From NCBI GenBank assembly GCA_043821645.1, contig JBDRCO010000101.1, positions 32,001 through 96,000 of the forward strand: DNA of 64,000 bases. Reading direction: 5' to 3'. This stretch comes from Pseudomonadota bacterium. Its GTDB lineage: Bacteria; Myxococcota; JACRCW01; JAFGSX01. The notes beneath the pieces were generated by a model, which saw only the letters and a program-made list of their open reading frames with translations, ran no database searches and was not told the DNA's origin. Made by a program: the position numbers and the translations under genes. This document shows positions 46,976-57,779 of the stretch, piece after piece. How positions within the stretch are numbered: the stretch's first letter is position 1; each line of letters opens with the position of its first letter.

Positions 46976-48448
46976 TTGGCAGAAATCGCTGACGACGGCA
47001 ACCGCACCTCGCGGCGCTCCGCCGGACACAACGCTGTGTCCCTGCTGGTTGGCCAGACGCTGTCTCGCTTGGTGGCGCTGGCGTTCTACATCGTGCTGGC
47101 TCGTCTCCTTGGACCCGGACGCTATGGCGATTTCGGCGTGGGCATGGCCTTCGGAACACTGCTGGCTGTTCCCCTCGAACCCGGTCTCAATCCCCAGCTC
47201 ATCCGCGAAGGCGCCCGCAACATCGACCGCCGCCGGGCCTATGCGGCCGATGCCTTTCGCTACAAGGCGGTGACCACGCCTCTGGCGGCACTGTTGATGG
47301 TACTTGCCGCCTGGCTGCTCGGCTACCGGGATGACGCCCTGACGGCCATCGCTCTGGTCGGGAGCGCGGTGCTGGTCATGCAGATCGAGGAGTTTGCCGC
47401 CGCGGCCCTGGCGGCGTGCGAGCGGCTGGACGTGAGCGGTGCACTGAGGCTGGCCAACAAGCTCCTGACGGCCTTTCCGGCGACGGTGGTGGCGGTGGCG
47501 GGAGCGCCTTTCGATGCGGTGTGCCTGGCCTTCTTGCTGGGTGCGGTCGCCTCGGCGCTGCTGTCCCTGATGGTGGTGCACCTGCGGCATGTCCCTCTGT
47601 GGGGGGCGCGCAGCGGAAGAGGCTTGCGCGCCAAGATCCGCATGGGACTGCCCCTGGCGCTGTCGAGTGCACTGTGGATGCTCGCTCTTCGCCTCGACCA
47701 GGCCATGGCCTCGCTGTTCGGAGTACCCGTCGAGGACATCGGTGGATACAACGCGGTGATCAAGCTCAAGGAGGCCCTGATCATGTTCCCCGCGGTGGTG
47801 GGGCTGGCCTTCACCCCGGTTTTCTCTCGCCACATCGACGACGATGGGGCGCTGAGAGAACACGTCGCCCGCGCCATGCACTGGGGCCTGGGTGGGGCCA
47901 TACCCGTGGCCGTGGGTACGTGGCTGGTGGCTGCGCCTCTCCTCGGCGTACTCTTCGGACAGCCCTTCGTCAGCGCCGCGCCATTGTTGCGCATCATCTT
48001 CATTGCCTACGTTGCCAATGGCTTGATGACACTGCTCACGGCGCTGGTGGTGGCCCGTCACCACTACGCGCTGCAAGCGTGGGCTTCGGCCGCGGTCCTG
48101 CTGGGCAATGTCGTGCTCAACGCACTGCTGCTTCCTCGCTGGGGCATGGCCGGAGCTGCCGTGGCGACGGCCGTGGCCACGACGCTGGGTGCCCTGGTCC
48201 TGATGACCGAGGCCTGGCGCGCGCGTTGTGTCGGGGCCGTTTTCGCGGCCACGCTGCGAAGCGTGCTGGCCTGCGTTCCGATGGTCGTGCTGGTGCCCTT
48301 GCTCGTCGACGTGAACCTGGGACTTGCGATCGTGGCCGGTGCCGTGGCCTACATGGTCGTCTACCTGCTTGTGGGTGGTCTTGGGCCTGGTGGAGCCCGG
48401 GCTGCCTGGCGCTTCGTGCAGCGACGCGGGCGTGCGGAGGCTCCATGA
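46976..48448 (+). CDS. Wzx-type polysaccharide flippase (start approximate)
   Basis: ARLLGPGRYG, G.Y....K and LN..LLPRWGMAGAA.AT motifs. Multi-TM. GGAGG precedes TTG 46976. Confidence 0.9.
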   Translation: MAEIADDGNRTSRRSAGHNAVSLLVGQTLSRLVALAFYIVLARLLGPGRYGDFGVGMAFGTLLAVPLEPGLNPQLIREGARNIDRRRAYAADAFRYKAVTTPLAALLMVLAAWLLGYRDDALTAIALVGSAVLVMQIEEFAAAALAACERLDVSGALRLANKLLTAFPATVVAVAGAPFDAVCLAFLLGAVASALLSLMVVHLRHVPLWGARSGRGLRAKIRMGLPLALSSALWMLALRLDQAMASLFGVPVEDIGGYNAVIKLKEALIMFPAVVGLAFTPVFSRHIDDDGALREHVARAMHWGLGGAIPVAVGTWLVAAPLLGVLFGQPFVSAAPLLRIIFIAYVANGLMTLLTALVVARHHYALQAWASAAVLLGNVVLNALLLPRWGMAGAAVATAVATTLGALVLMTEAWRARCVGAVFAATLRSVLACVPMVVLVPLLVDVNLGLAIVAGAVAYMVVYLLVGGLGPGGARAAWRFVQRRGRAEAP

Positions 48449-49503
48449 TACGGGTGCTGGTCGACGGGCGAATGGTCCGCGGCGCCCGGCATGGCATCGC
48501 GCGGTACACATTGTCGCTGGTCGAGGAGCTGGTTCATCACGGTGGCTTCGAGCTGGTGGTGGCTGCTCATCCAGACGAGGCTCGAAGCTTTTTAGATCTC
48601 GGAGCCGCTGTGGCTCCCACCCGGGTCGCCTTCGTGTCGGTCCGCGCCTCCCTCGAGCTGTCGAAGCTGGAGCGGGCGGTGCACCCCGATGCGGTCTTCT
48701 GTCCGTCCTTCGTGGTCCCACTGCTCCCGCGAGCGCCTCTGGTGATGACCCTCCATGACGCCACGCACCTGCAATCCCCAGGCGACTACAGCCGTGCCGT
48801 CGCAGCCTACTATCGTCTGGTCACGTTGCCCGCGGCGCGGCGAGCGGCGTCGGTGCTCACGGTTAGTGAAGCCTCCAGCAGCGCCCTGCGGCGCTGGACG
48901 AAGCTCGACGATGTTCAGGTCATCCCCAATGGCGTGGACAGCCGGAACTTCCACGCAGGGGGGCCGTTGGATCCCAGGATCCCGACCGGCTGCATTCTCT
49001 ACGCGGGTGGCTTCAAGCCGCACAAGCGGGTCGAGATGCTGATCGATGCCCTCGCCTTGCTGCCTGGGGTTCCACTCGCCCTGGCGGGCGCGGTCCCGCA
49101 GCCGCTGCGCGAACGTGCCTGGTCTTCCGGGCTCGGCGGACGCTGGCTCGAGCTTGGCCTCGTCGACGACGAGGTACTTGCGGCCGCCTACCGAGCAGCC
49201 ACGGTCTTCGCCTACCCGTCCTGCAGCGAGGGTTTCGGGCTTCCCCCGCTCGAGGCCATGGCCTGCGGCACGGCCGTCGTGTGCTCGGCACTGTCATCGC
49301 TGCCCGAGGTGGTTGGGGACGCTGCCATGCTGTTCCAGGGCGACGCGCGAGAGCTTGCAGCAGCCTTGCGCAGCGTGCTCGACGATGAGGTCCGGCGCCG
49401 GGAGATGATTCAGCGTGGTGCCGCGCGCGCCCGCGTTTTTACATGGCAGCGGGCCGGGGTTCACCTGGCGGCTGTGCTTCAGAGGGCTGCGGGCAGCTCG
49501 TGA
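48445..49503 (+). CDS. Glycosyltransferase family 4 (GT-B)
   Basis: GIARY, TLHD, IPNGVD, KPHK and EGFGLPPLEAMACG motifs. Confidence 0.95.
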   Translation: MIRVLVDGRMVRGARHGIARYTLSLVEELVHHGGFELVVAAHPDEARSFLDLGAAVAPTRVAFVSVRASLELSKLERAVHPDAVFCPSFVVPLLPRAPLVMTLHDATHLQSPGDYSRAVAAYYRLVTLPAARRAASVLTVSEASSSALRRWTKLDDVQVIPNGVDSRNFHAGGPLDPRIPTGCILYAGGFKPHKRVEMLIDALALLPGVPLALAGAVPQPLRERAWSSGLGGRWLELGLVDDEVLAAAYRAATVFAYPSCSEGFGLPPLEAMACGTAVVCSALSSLPEVVGDAAMLFQGDARELAAALRSVLDDEVRRREMIQRGAARARVFTWQRAGVHLAAVLQRAAGSS

Positions 49504-50482
49504 GAGCCCCTCCCGACGATGGGCGCAGGGCCTCACGCACCAGCGCCTCGGTCAGCTCGGGACGACGGAGCACCTCGCTCCACTCGGCCAGCTGCAGCAC
49601 CAGGGTACGTGGTCTCGGGCGCAGTGCGCTGATCACCTGCGCTGGCGTGTGATCGCGAAGCACGCCCAGGGCCAGGCGCCGGGCCTGGGCGGGATCACCG
49701 GGGGCGATGAACGAGACCTTCCACAGAAGGGCTTCGGCGCCAGACAGCGTTCCCGGGGCCAGCACTCCACCCCAGCTCAGTGTCTGCACGGCCTCCCGCC
49801 TCTCACCCCGCGCGAAGGCCTCACATGCGTGGTCCCGTAGAGCTGCGGCCACACGTTGCCGGAAACCCAGCCGTGCTCCCTCGACCCAGCGCGGTTCCAT
49901 ACGTGTGGGCGTATCGAACACGGGGTCCTGTCCCGCACTCCACAAACCGAAACGAACCACCAGGGCCAGGACGCAGACGAGGGCGGCAGTGGCTGGACCA
50001 CGAGGATCGCCGGTGGCTGGCCTGCGCGCGTGGACCCAGGCAGCCAGGGCAACGGTCGAAAGCACACGAGCCAGCGCCGGGAGGGCCAGCGTGGGTGGTT
50101 GAGGCCCGCTCGAGGCAAGGATGGCCAGCGCCAGGACGACAGACCCCCCGGCAGCCAGCGCGGGCGCCACACGCGCTCGCGCGCGGATCAGATCCACCCC
50201 ACAGAGCACCGCAAGACAGACCGCGAGCACGGCCGGGACCTGCCAGGCGCTGACAGCGACACAGGCTGACAAGACCACTGCCCCGAGCGACTGGCTCCAT
50301 GTCGCATGGGGATTCCACAGTAGGACGATGGCTGCTGTCGCCACCAGGCAGGCGCCGCCTGCACCCGTGCTGAATCCTGTGCCGAGTGCAGCGACGAGCC
50401 AGAGCAGGCGCCAGAGCTTAGTTGCCGACAAGGAAAAGACCGCGCTTGGCGGGGAGCAGATCCAGGCTGGCCCGGAACGCAC
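49439..50482 (-). CDS. Hypothetical membrane protein (start uncertain, probably near 50430)
   Basis: Several hydrophobic segments. Directly follows the TPR gene and overlaps the GT 3' end. Confidence 0.5.
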   Translation of the reverse strand: MRSGPAWICSPPSAVFSLSATKLWRLLWLVAALGTGFSTGAGGACLVATAAIVLLWNPHATWSQSLGAVVLSACVAVSAWQVPAVLAVCLAVLCGVDLIRARARVAPALAAGGSVVLALAILASSGPQPPTLALPALARVLSTVALAAWVHARRPATGDPRGPATAALVCVLALVVRFGLWSAGQDPVFDTPTRMEPRWVEGARLGFRQRVAAALRDHACEAFARGERREAVQTLSWGGVLAPGTLSGAEALLWKVSFIAPGDPAQARRLALGVLRDHTPAQVISALRPRPRTLVLQLAEWSEVLRRPELTEALVREALRPSSGGALTSCPQPSEAQPPGEPRPAAM

Positions 50483-53414
50483 TCATGTACTGATCGCGAG
50501 CCTCGGCGAACTTGTTGCGCTTACGGGCGATGTCACCCAGCGTGATCATTGCGGGCAAAAAGGTCGAGTCGTCGTTGAGTAGATCTTGCAGTGTCTTCTC
50601 GGACGCGTCGAGCCGGCCGTCCTTGAACTGGGCCAGGCCGAGGAGATAGCGGGTGACGATGTGGAGCCGATTGACCTCGTGCGCCTTCTCGAGGTGATCC
50701 AGCGCCGCCGTGTTGTTGTTGCGGCGCAGTGCCACGGCCCCCTCGTACATCAACGCAGCCAGATTCTTGGGGTCTTCTTTGAGAGCCTGTCGCAAGTAGG
50801 AGTCTGCGGACGCGAGCTCGCCCTGATGATAGGCCACGATGCCCATGGATGAGAGCCGGATGGACGCGTCGTCCTCACGCTCCTGGAAGCCCTTGAGCGC
50901 GGTCATGAAGGCATCAAGATCCGAGGGATACGAGGGGAAATCACTGAGCATGATGCGGTTCTGTTCGACGTCGGGTTCGACGTCGATGAGCTTGCGCATG
51001 GCCATGGCCATGTTGGCAGCGTCGCCCAGGCTCGCGTTGGCTGCGGCCAGCCCGAGGTAAGCCCGGATCTGGGTCGGGAAGTTCTCGACGACACGCTGAA
51101 ACTCAGAAGCAGCCTCGCGGTTCTGACCGCGCTTCAAGCGCAGGCAACCCGCAACGATGCGGGCGGGAGCCTCCAGGTAGCGTCCCTGGGTGGCCTGCAG
51201 AACGCGGTCGAGGTACTTGAGTCCCTCGTCGGGTTCGCCCTTGTTCATCATCACGCGGGCCATCATGTAATGGGCCGGCAGGAAAGTCGTGTCCGCCTGA
51301 AGGGCGTGCCTGGCGTAGCCCTCGGCTTCCTTCCACTTGTTCCGCATGGCGCGCACATGGGCCAGGTGCACCAGCACGGCCAGGTCGACCTCGGTCAGAT
51401 CCTCCTCGCTGGCCACACTCTCCGCCGCCACGGTGAGCTGAAGGTCGGCGCGGGCCTGATCGTTGAGCGCCTGGGAATAGACCTTGCCCAGCAGCAATCG
51501 GGCGACGCGGTTGGAGTCGTCCGCGGAGATGACCTTCTCCAGGGTCTTGACCGAATCCTGGAACGCGCCGATCTCGATGTAGAGGTTGGCCACGGCCATC
51601 AGGGTCTCGATGTGCTCGGCGTCGCGGGCGAGGCGTTTGTTGAACCGCTCGAGGGCGGCCTTGAACTCACCCTGCCCCGCCAGGGCCTGACCCACGACCA
51701 AGTCCACCCGGGCCAGCGAGGGATCCAGGGCGCGCGCCTGCTCGGCCTGCTTGATCGCGGATTCGTTGTTGCGATTGATGTCCGACTCGGCGAGCAGGAG
51801 CAGGGTCAAAGGGTCCTGGGCGTCGATACGCAGTGCCATGTGCAGCGAACTCTGGGCCTTCTGTACGTTATCCAGCGCGAGGAGCAGTGCGCCATGGGCT
51901 CGGTGCAGGGATGCCTTGTTGCCGTCGCGCTTGAGAGCGAATTCGATGCCCTCGAAGGCGGCCTTCACATCCTCGGTGCGCTGGCGAATACCGGGGAGCC
52001 GGGCCAGGTTCTCGACAAAAGCCGAGATGGTGTCGACGTTGTCCGGATCCAGGAGCAGGGCCTTGCGCAGTTCGTCGTCCGCGAGTCGGTGGCTGATCTC
52101 CGTGTCGTCGAGGTAGTACTTGCGCCCCTTGCGCAGGTGCTCATCCGCCGTTCCCTCGACGTCCGGGTACTGCAGACGCCACAGGTTGACCTGCCGCATG
52201 AACGGGTTCTCGACCTCGCTGCCGCCGAGGCCAGGGAGGAGGTCTGGCTTGACGAAGGCGACGACAATGGCGCCTGCGAGCACGAGCAGCAGCAGAACTC
52301 CGATGGTCAGCGGAGTCCGGGAACGCTGGCGTACCGATGCCCCCCGGGCATGCTGTCGCTCGACGGTCGGGGCTCCTCCCGAGGCAGCTCGCAGCGAGGG
52401 GCCGAAAACCCGCTTCTCGCCCACTGTCATGAACAAGTCGTCGCCCAGCGCCACCTCGTCCTTGTCCGTGATTTCACCCGCGCGAATGCGCTCCTTGACC
52501 TCGTCGGTGTCAAAGGGGCCTGCCATGTCACCGTTGGGCTTCTTGACTCGCCACTTGCCGGCGCTGGCCATCACGGACTCGGCGGCACCCGGACCTGCTG
52601 CCGAGGATCCTGCAAAGGGATCCTGGGCGGAGGCTCCGAATCCGGCCCCTGCGGCAGGTGGCTCCCAGGCGGGGGGAGGGCTGGCGGCGGGCGGCGCAGC
52701 GCCGAAAGGGCTCCCAGAACGTGGACCAAGCGGAGAACCCGCGCCCCGGTTGGGGCTTGGCGCGCTGGCGCTTGCACTTCCGAAAGGCCCTCCCGGCGCG
52801 AAGGGGTCCGTCGTGGGCTGTGGGGCAGGACTGCCCGAGAAGGGGTCTCGCGGCGCTGCCGGCGCTGCGGCAAAGGGGTCGGGCAGGCCCGCGCCCGAAG
52901 AACCGGGTGCTCCGGCAGGGGGCTGAGCCGCGAACGGCGACGCGGCAAAGGGGTCAGACGGCGGAGCGCCAAAGGGTGATGGCGCGGGCGCTGGGGCCGC
53001 CGCAAAGGGATTGGCTGGGGCGCCAGGTCCTACAGCGGGTGCGACGGGAACCGCCCGGGGTGCACCGGCCGGAGGTCCGAAGGGGCTTTCCGCCGCACGA
53101 GGAGCAAATGGGTCCGCGGCGGACGCTGCTCCCCCCGGGGGGGGGCCTGCAAAAGGATCCAGGGTAGCGGCTGGGGCTGTGGCTGCAGGTCTGGGCGCGA
53201 AGGGATCCAGCGGCGCGGCGGGCGCAGCGGGAGGGGGCGCGGCGGGAGCGGCAGCGCCAGCAAAGGGATCCAGGGGTGGTGCGGCGGCGGCCGGCGGCTT
53301 GCGGATGACCTTCTGATGCCCGCAGCGGGGACACTGTGCACGCACGCCACGATCCGAGATGAGCGAGTCATCGATGGCGTACACGGCACCACAGCTCTCG
53401 CAGTCGATGCGCAT
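50418..53414 (-). CDS. Zn-ribbon / Pro-rich / GYF-like / TM / TPR protein (architecture like myxobacterial gliding-motility proteins)
   Basis: [12 protein letters not shown]......[12 protein letters not shown]-repeat linker, GPF (GYF_2-like), one TM, and many TPRs. Confidence 0.88.
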   Translation of the reverse strand: MRIDCESCGAVYAIDDSLISDRGVRAQCPRCGHQKVIRKPPAAAAPPLDPFAGAAAPAAPPPAAPAAPLDPFAPRPAATAPAATLDPFAGPPPGGAASAADPFAPRAAESPFGPPAGAPRAVPVAPAVGPGAPANPFAAAPAPAPSPFGAPPSDPFAASPFAAQPPAGAPGSSGAGLPDPFAAAPAAPRDPFSGSPAPQPTTDPFAPGGPFGSASASAPSPNRGAGSPLGPRSGSPFGAAPPAASPPPAWEPPAAGAGFGASAQDPFAGSSAAGPGAAESVMASAGKWRVKKPNGDMAGPFDTDEVKERIRAGEITDKDEVALGDDLFMTVGEKRVFGPSLRAASGGAPTVERQHARGASVRQRSRTPLTIGVLLLLVLAGAIVVAFVKPDLLPGLGGSEVENPFMRQVNLWRLQYPDVEGTADEHLRKGRKYYLDDTEISHRLADDELRKALLLDPDNVDTISAFVENLARLPGIRQRTEDVKAAFEGIEFALKRDGNKASLHRAHGALLLALDNVQKAQSSLHMALRIDAQDPLTLLLLAESDINRNNESAIKQAEQARALDPSLARVDLVVGQALAGQGEFKAALERFNKRLARDAEHIETLMAVANLYIEIGAFQDSVKTLEKVISADDSNRVARLLLGKVYSQALNDQARADLQLTVAAESVASEEDLTEVDLAVLVHLAHVRAMRNKWKEAEGYARHALQADTTFLPAHYMMARVMMNKGEPDEGLKYLDRVLQATQGRYLEAPARIVAGCLRLKRGQNREAASEFQRVVENFPTQIRAYLGLAAANASLGDAANMAMAMRKLIDVEPDVEQNRIMLSDFPSYPSDLDAFMTALKGFQEREDDASIRLSSMGIVAYHQGELASADSYLRQALKEDPKNLAALMYEGAVALRRNNNTAALDHLEKAHEVNRLHIVTRYLLGLAQFKDGRLDASEKTLQDLLNDDSTFLPAMITLGDIARKRNKFAEARDQYMSAFRASLDLLPAKRGLFLVGN

Positions 53415-53519
53415 GGCAGGGCTCTCCCAGCGACGCTGGTCAGCGACAGGAGCGCCGAGCGTCGTCAATCCATGTAAACAGAGACCTCACGGCGCGTTCT
53501 GCGCGGTACAGGACACAAG

Positions 53520-53981
53520 TCAATCGTCCCGGCGCGGATCCCATCCCTCGAACGCCTCCAGGCCACCATCGTCCTCGGGCATGTCCTTGAGCTTGGACAG
53601 GCCCAGCACCTCGACCTGGCGGATGCGCTCGCGGGTCAAATTCATGATGACTCCGACCTCCTCGAGGGTGATGCCTCCGCGGTCGGCGACGTCCAGGGCG
53701 CAGGTCTCCTCGAGCTCCCACACTTCCTTGTCCGGGAAGTTGAGCTTGACCGACCCCGTGATGGGATTGACGTCGAGGTAGAGGTGGTGACGACAGGACA
53801 CGAACAGGCAGGGACGCACACCCGTGCGACACTCATCGCGGGTACGCGGCCGGTCATAGTTGACCACCTCGAAGGTCTCGCCGCGCGCAAGGGCGCGACG
53901 CCGCTCTCTCGCCATCTCCTTGCGGGACATGGTCCGAGCGCGCTGCCGCTTGCTCTTTGCCGCGCCGTCGGTATCACCCAT
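53520..53981 (-). CDS. Small Cys/His-cluster plus sigma-70 region-4 HTH DNA-binding protein
   Basis: RPRTRDEC...[11 protein letters not shown]...ETCALDVA, followed by [18 protein letters not shown]. Confidence 0.88.
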   Translation of the reverse strand: MGDTDGAAKSKRQRARTMSRKEMARERRRALARGETFEVVNYDRPRTRDECRTGVRPCLFVSCRHHLYLDVNPITGSVKLNFPDKEVWELEETCALDVADRGGITLEEVGVIMNLTRERIRQVEVLGLSKLKDMPEDDGGLEAFEGWDPRRDD

Positions 53982-54062
53982 CGTCACCTCCGAGCCATTG
54001 TGAATGACACGAATGCCCGGGTCGAGTCAACGGGCTGCTCGTGTGTCCGCCGCTTCAACCCC

Positions 54063-56474
54063 TCAAAGCCGCCGGGGGTGTGCGCGCCGGCGCAGCCACA
54101 GCACGAGCAGCAGCACGGCTGGCAGGGTCCGGGGGCCCGGCGCGCCGCTGCACCCGCACGCCGCTGCGGTAGGATCCTGATTCGATGCGCCATCTTTTCC
54201 CGTGTGTGGAGCGTCGGAGGGGGAGGTGTCGCCGACGCCAACCTCCTGCAGCGCATCTGGCGCGGCCCGATCGAGAATCGCCGCATCCAGAACATGGGTG
54301 TCTGTCCCGACCTGGGCATCCGCGAAGATCTGGTCCGCTTGGTCCAGGTCCGGCAGCTGGTTGTCCCCTGTCGCGACGTCGACGGTCGGGGCATCCCGTG
54401 GGATGCTATCCGCCGTGACCACGTCACCGGGTCCCGTGTCGCTCGACCCAGCGTCTGTGATCCCGGCGTCCGCATCGCCTGCTCCGGAGTCGCTCGCGGC
54501 GCTGTCCGTGCTGCCAGCGTCCATCGATTCCAGGGTTGCAGCGATCACCAGCTGTGGCGGATGCGCGCCCTCGCGGGATTCGAAGTCCGCGCCATCTCCA
54601 CCCGTGGGGATCAGCACCAGGGTGATGGGCCCGGATCCGACGACCGCAGGTGTGATGTCGACCTCGCTCCAGGCATCGACAGAGCCCGCCGGCAGGGCAC
54701 CCCGGTTCGCAGCATCCACGGCAGGTGCCTGATTCCAGGTCGGTGCATCTTCAGCCCAGCTCAGGTCGGGAGAGGTCCGGACCGACGGTGGCGCTCCCGC
54801 GTTGACGCAGAACAGCCGCAGCGTGGCGCGCTGCACCTGGGCCACCTGCGGTGGGACCACGAAGCGCAGGTAAGCGCGGGCCGTGCTCGGGGCGTCATCG
54901 ACCTGCAACACCGTGGCGCTGCCATTGTTGGTGTCCGGGGTCGCGCTGTCGACGAAGGTGTCGGCGATGGCATCGAGCACGAGGACCTGATCGCTCACCT
55001 CGATCTGCACCAGATCCGGGGGAGAGGTGTGCTGCCCGTCAGAGACGCGAAGGTGAAACTGTACGCGGCCGGCACGGGTGGCGAGAAATTGAGGTCTGGC
55101 CGGGTTGCTCTCGTCGAGTACGACCGTCGGGCCCGAGCGCTGGGTCCAACCAAAGGTCAGGGGCACGGCCTCGGGATCGACGCTCCCGCTGCCGTCGAGG
55201 GTCACCAGGTCGCCCACCTGTGCACGCTGATCGGGGCCTGCCACCGCGGCCGGCGGCCTGTTTCCAGTCGTTCCCCCGTAGGACGCGACGTCAAAGAGCT
55301 GTCCCTGGCTGTCGACGGCCCGCAGTGTCATGGCACCGGGTTCCACGTCGATGGCGAGAAACTGGAACACCGCGGCCGAGGTCGCGAGACTGGCGCCGCT
55401 CCAGGGAGTGTAGGTGTCCGTGTGCAGCGGAGCTCCACCGCCGCCCGAGGTGACGTAGGCCACACCGTCCACCGGCTCGTAGCGCGCGTAGAGGTGATTG
55501 TGGCCACCCAGGACCAGGGGGACGCCATGGTCGCGATACAGGGGGTGCAAGGTGGCGCGAAGGTCCGCGGCTTCGCTCTCGACGTGTCCTCCCAGCGACC
55601 AGGGGGCAAAGTGCACCAGGCCGATGCGCCAGTGCACACTGGCAAGCTGGGCCGCACCGGCAAGGTCCGCGCTCAGCCAGGTATTCTGGGGGCCGCTCTG
55701 ATAGCCCGTGTCGTCGTACATGGCAATGGTCGCGACGTGCAGGTCCGCATAGTCGAGCGCGAACCATTTCTCGTCGGTGGACCCGGACTGGCTCGCGGGG
55801 TGCGAGAAGTAGCCATACAGGAACGCGTCCGAGGTCGCGGTGTTGCGGTCCTCGTGATTGCCGAAGGCGGTGTACATCGGGAGTCGTGCCAGCAGTTCCC
55901 GTGCCGGAGGCCACAGCTGGTCCCAGTCTCCAGCCACGGACCCGTCCGCCACGAGGTCGCCGGTGTGCAGAAGCACGGTTTGATGCCGATCCGGGTCCTG
56001 CTCCAGATCCTCGAGAATGCGCTGCGCGACCAGACCCCAGTGCGCGGGATCGGACCGGGAGTCTCCGGCGACATAGAAGCGAAAGCTGCTACTCCCCGCG
56101 GCCGGCGCTGTTCGAAAGCTCAGGGTCTCCGTCGTCGTCGCGCCGCTGTGTACGCTGTACAGGTGCCGCGTGCCAGACTGCAGTCCGCTGAGCTGTGCGG
56201 TGTACACGACCTGCCCGTTCACTGACGAGGACTGTGCGTTGACGCGCGCGAGCTCGTTTCCCGCGAGTGAGGTGACGACCACTTCTGGAGAGGTGCTCTC
56301 GACCTCATCCGCACGCCACAGCACGCTGATCCCGTCGACGCGCACGTCCTGCAGCCAGGGACCGTACTGGATGTCCTGGGCGCGCACGGGACCCGATCCC
56401 AGAATGCCTGTCAGCAGACTGATCGTGGTCACGTAGTGGCGGGGGTGCGCGAGCATCGGCGACGGACGTGTCAT
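54063..56474 (-). CDS. Purple-acid-phosphatase-like metallophosphoesterase with PKD-like and DNRLRE/CBM96-like domains and MYXO-CTERM-like tail
   Basis: GDSR, HTGDLV, GNHE and GHNH motifs. NRPPAAVAGPDQ, ADTFV..ATPDTNNG, and terminal GCS...LLLVLWLRRR. Confidence 0.9.
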   Translation of the reverse strand: MTRPSPMLAHPRHYVTTISLLTGILGSGPVRAQDIQYGPWLQDVRVDGISVLWRADEVESTSPEVVVTSLAGNELARVNAQSSSVNGQVVYTAQLSGLQSGTRHLYSVHSGATTTETLSFRTAPAAGSSSFRFYVAGDSRSDPAHWGLVAQRILEDLEQDPDRHQTVLLHTGDLVADGSVAGDWDQLWPPARELLARLPMYTAFGNHEDRNTATSDAFLYGYFSHPASQSGSTDEKWFALDYADLHVATIAMYDDTGYQSGPQNTWLSADLAGAAQLASVHWRIGLVHFAPWSLGGHVESEAADLRATLHPLYRDHGVPLVLGGHNHLYARYEPVDGVAYVTSGGGGAPLHTDTYTPWSGASLATSAAVFQFLAIDVEPGAMTLRAVDSQGQLFDVASYGGTTGNRPPAAVAGPDQRAQVGDLVTLDGSGSVDPEAVPLTFGWTQRSGPTVVLDESNPARPQFLATRAGRVQFHLRVSDGQHTSPPDLVQIEVSDQVLVLDAIADTFVDSATPDTNNGSATVLQVDDAPSTARAYLRFVVPPQVAQVQRATLRLFCVNAGAPPSVRTSPDLSWAEDAPTWNQAPAVDAANRGALPAGSVDAWSEVDITPAVVGSGPITLVLIPTGGDGADFESREGAHPPQLVIAATLESMDAGSTDSAASDSGAGDADAGITDAGSSDTGPGDVVTADSIPRDAPTVDVATGDNQLPDLDQADQIFADAQVGTDTHVLDAAILDRAAPDALQEVGVGDTSPSDAPHTGKDGASNQDPTAAACGCSGAPGPRTLPAVLLLVLWLRRRAHPRRL

Positions 56475-56595
56475 GTTTTCTCCCTGGACGAACCGCTTGC
56501 CGCGAGAGCGCGACCACCAAAGGTCACGATCCCCTCACATCCTATTCGAAGGCCCTGTGCGTATCACGGCCACGTCACGGGTGCGTGGCGAGTTT

Positions 56596-57009
56596 TCAAG
56601 CAGGAGGCTCCCCGGGCGTCTCGGTGCTCGACCGCCGGGCCGTGAGGTCTGGCGCCGGTCGACGGCCGTCGAACAGGTGCAGCGCGGCCAGGACAGGGTG
56701 GTTCCACACCATGCGAGGTCCGGCAAAGCGCATGACCTGCCGCACTTGCTCGCGACGGTCAGGCTTGTAGCAGTGCACCGGGCAGTTGACGCAGGTCGGT
56801 TTGTCGAGCCTGAAGGGACAGTGATGGATGCGCGCCTGCGCGTAGGTCCACAGGGCGGCGCAGTCGTCGCACAGGCCACCGTGGCCTGCGTGATGGTGCC
56901 GACAGTACATGCCGATCATCAGTTGGATGGTATGCAGTTCCCGTTGCACGCGCCTTGCTGCGGCTCCCTGGACCTCCCGTGGTCTCGCCTTCACGGTCAT
57001 GGCGTACAT
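56596..57009 (-). CDS. YgbA / nitrous oxide-stimulated promoter family Cys-rich protein
   Basis: RE..TI..MI.MYC..HH, LCDDC, CPF..KPTC..C..HCY and VMRFAGPRM motifs. Confidence 0.9.
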   Translation of the reverse strand: MYAMTVKARPREVQGAAARRVQRELHTIQLMIGMYCRHHHAGHGGLCDDCAALWTYAQARIHHCPFRLDKPTCVNCPVHCYKPDRREQVRQVMRFAGPRMVWNHPVLAALHLFDGRRPAPDLTARRSSTETPGEPPA

Positions 57010-57147
57010 CTAGCGCACGGGTGCGACGCTGTGTTTGACCTTTGTCAAGGCAGGCGGGAGCCGCACCTTCTCGGCCGCTGAGGCCCGCCCTGGTGTCCCG
57101 GGCCGCGGATGGGTAGGCTTCGTCGAACACCGAATCGGGGGCATGCT

Positions 57148-57708
57148 ATGACCTCACGCGAAGCTCGGACCCTGCTGGCCCGCCAGCGCATTCCCATTGC
57201 CTGCGCCGTGGCTCGGCAGATCCAGCAGACCGTGCCCTCGTACCAGGCGATCGATGGCATCCAGCTGGCGCGGGGTGTCAGCAACGTGCTCGACGCCGTG
57301 GTGCGCCTCCTCGACGGCGGGGACTATCGCGTCCTGATGGACGTGCTCGACGTGCTCAAAAAACAGCGCCATGAGCAGGGCTTCAAGGACAGCGACTTCC
57401 TGGTTGCCGTGCTGTGCGGGCTGCCCGTGATCCGGCGTTTCTTTCTCAATCACGCGTCGGCCTTGCGCACCGGGCTCGCACTGTTCGAGGAGGTCGAACG
57501 CGTGCTGCTCCCGCTCTATGGCTACCTGGCGCAGAGCGATGTCCGCGCCTTCGAGGAGATGGCCACCGCCCCCGATACACGCAAGCCTGCGGTCATGGCC
57601 GGGCGTGCCGAGGGGGGCACCCTGATCGATTTCGAGATCGCCACCGTCGACGAGGCCGTCAACCAGCAGTGGACGCGGCCGTACATCGAGCGCTACGGCG
57701 AAGGCTGA
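57148..57708 (+). CDS. Hypothetical all-alpha protein (RsbRD-N/globin-like sensor fold possible)
   Basis: Coding-like codon usage. The 'VPSY...R..QGF' pattern is only weakly suggestive. Confidence 0.6.
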   Translation: MTSREARTLLARQRIPIACAVARQIQQTVPSYQAIDGIQLARGVSNVLDAVVRLLDGGDYRVLMDVLDVLKKQRHEQGFKDSDFLVAVLCGLPVIRRFFLNHASALRTGLALFEEVERVLLPLYGYLAQSDVRAFEEMATAPDTRKPAVMAGRAEGGTLIDFEIATVDEAVNQQWTRPYIERYGEG

Positions 57709-57779
57709 AACCCCCGGTCTGGGCGGTGTCATTTTCTGGAGCCGGCCACGGGCGCTGGGCTTGACGGGCGACGGGCCGT

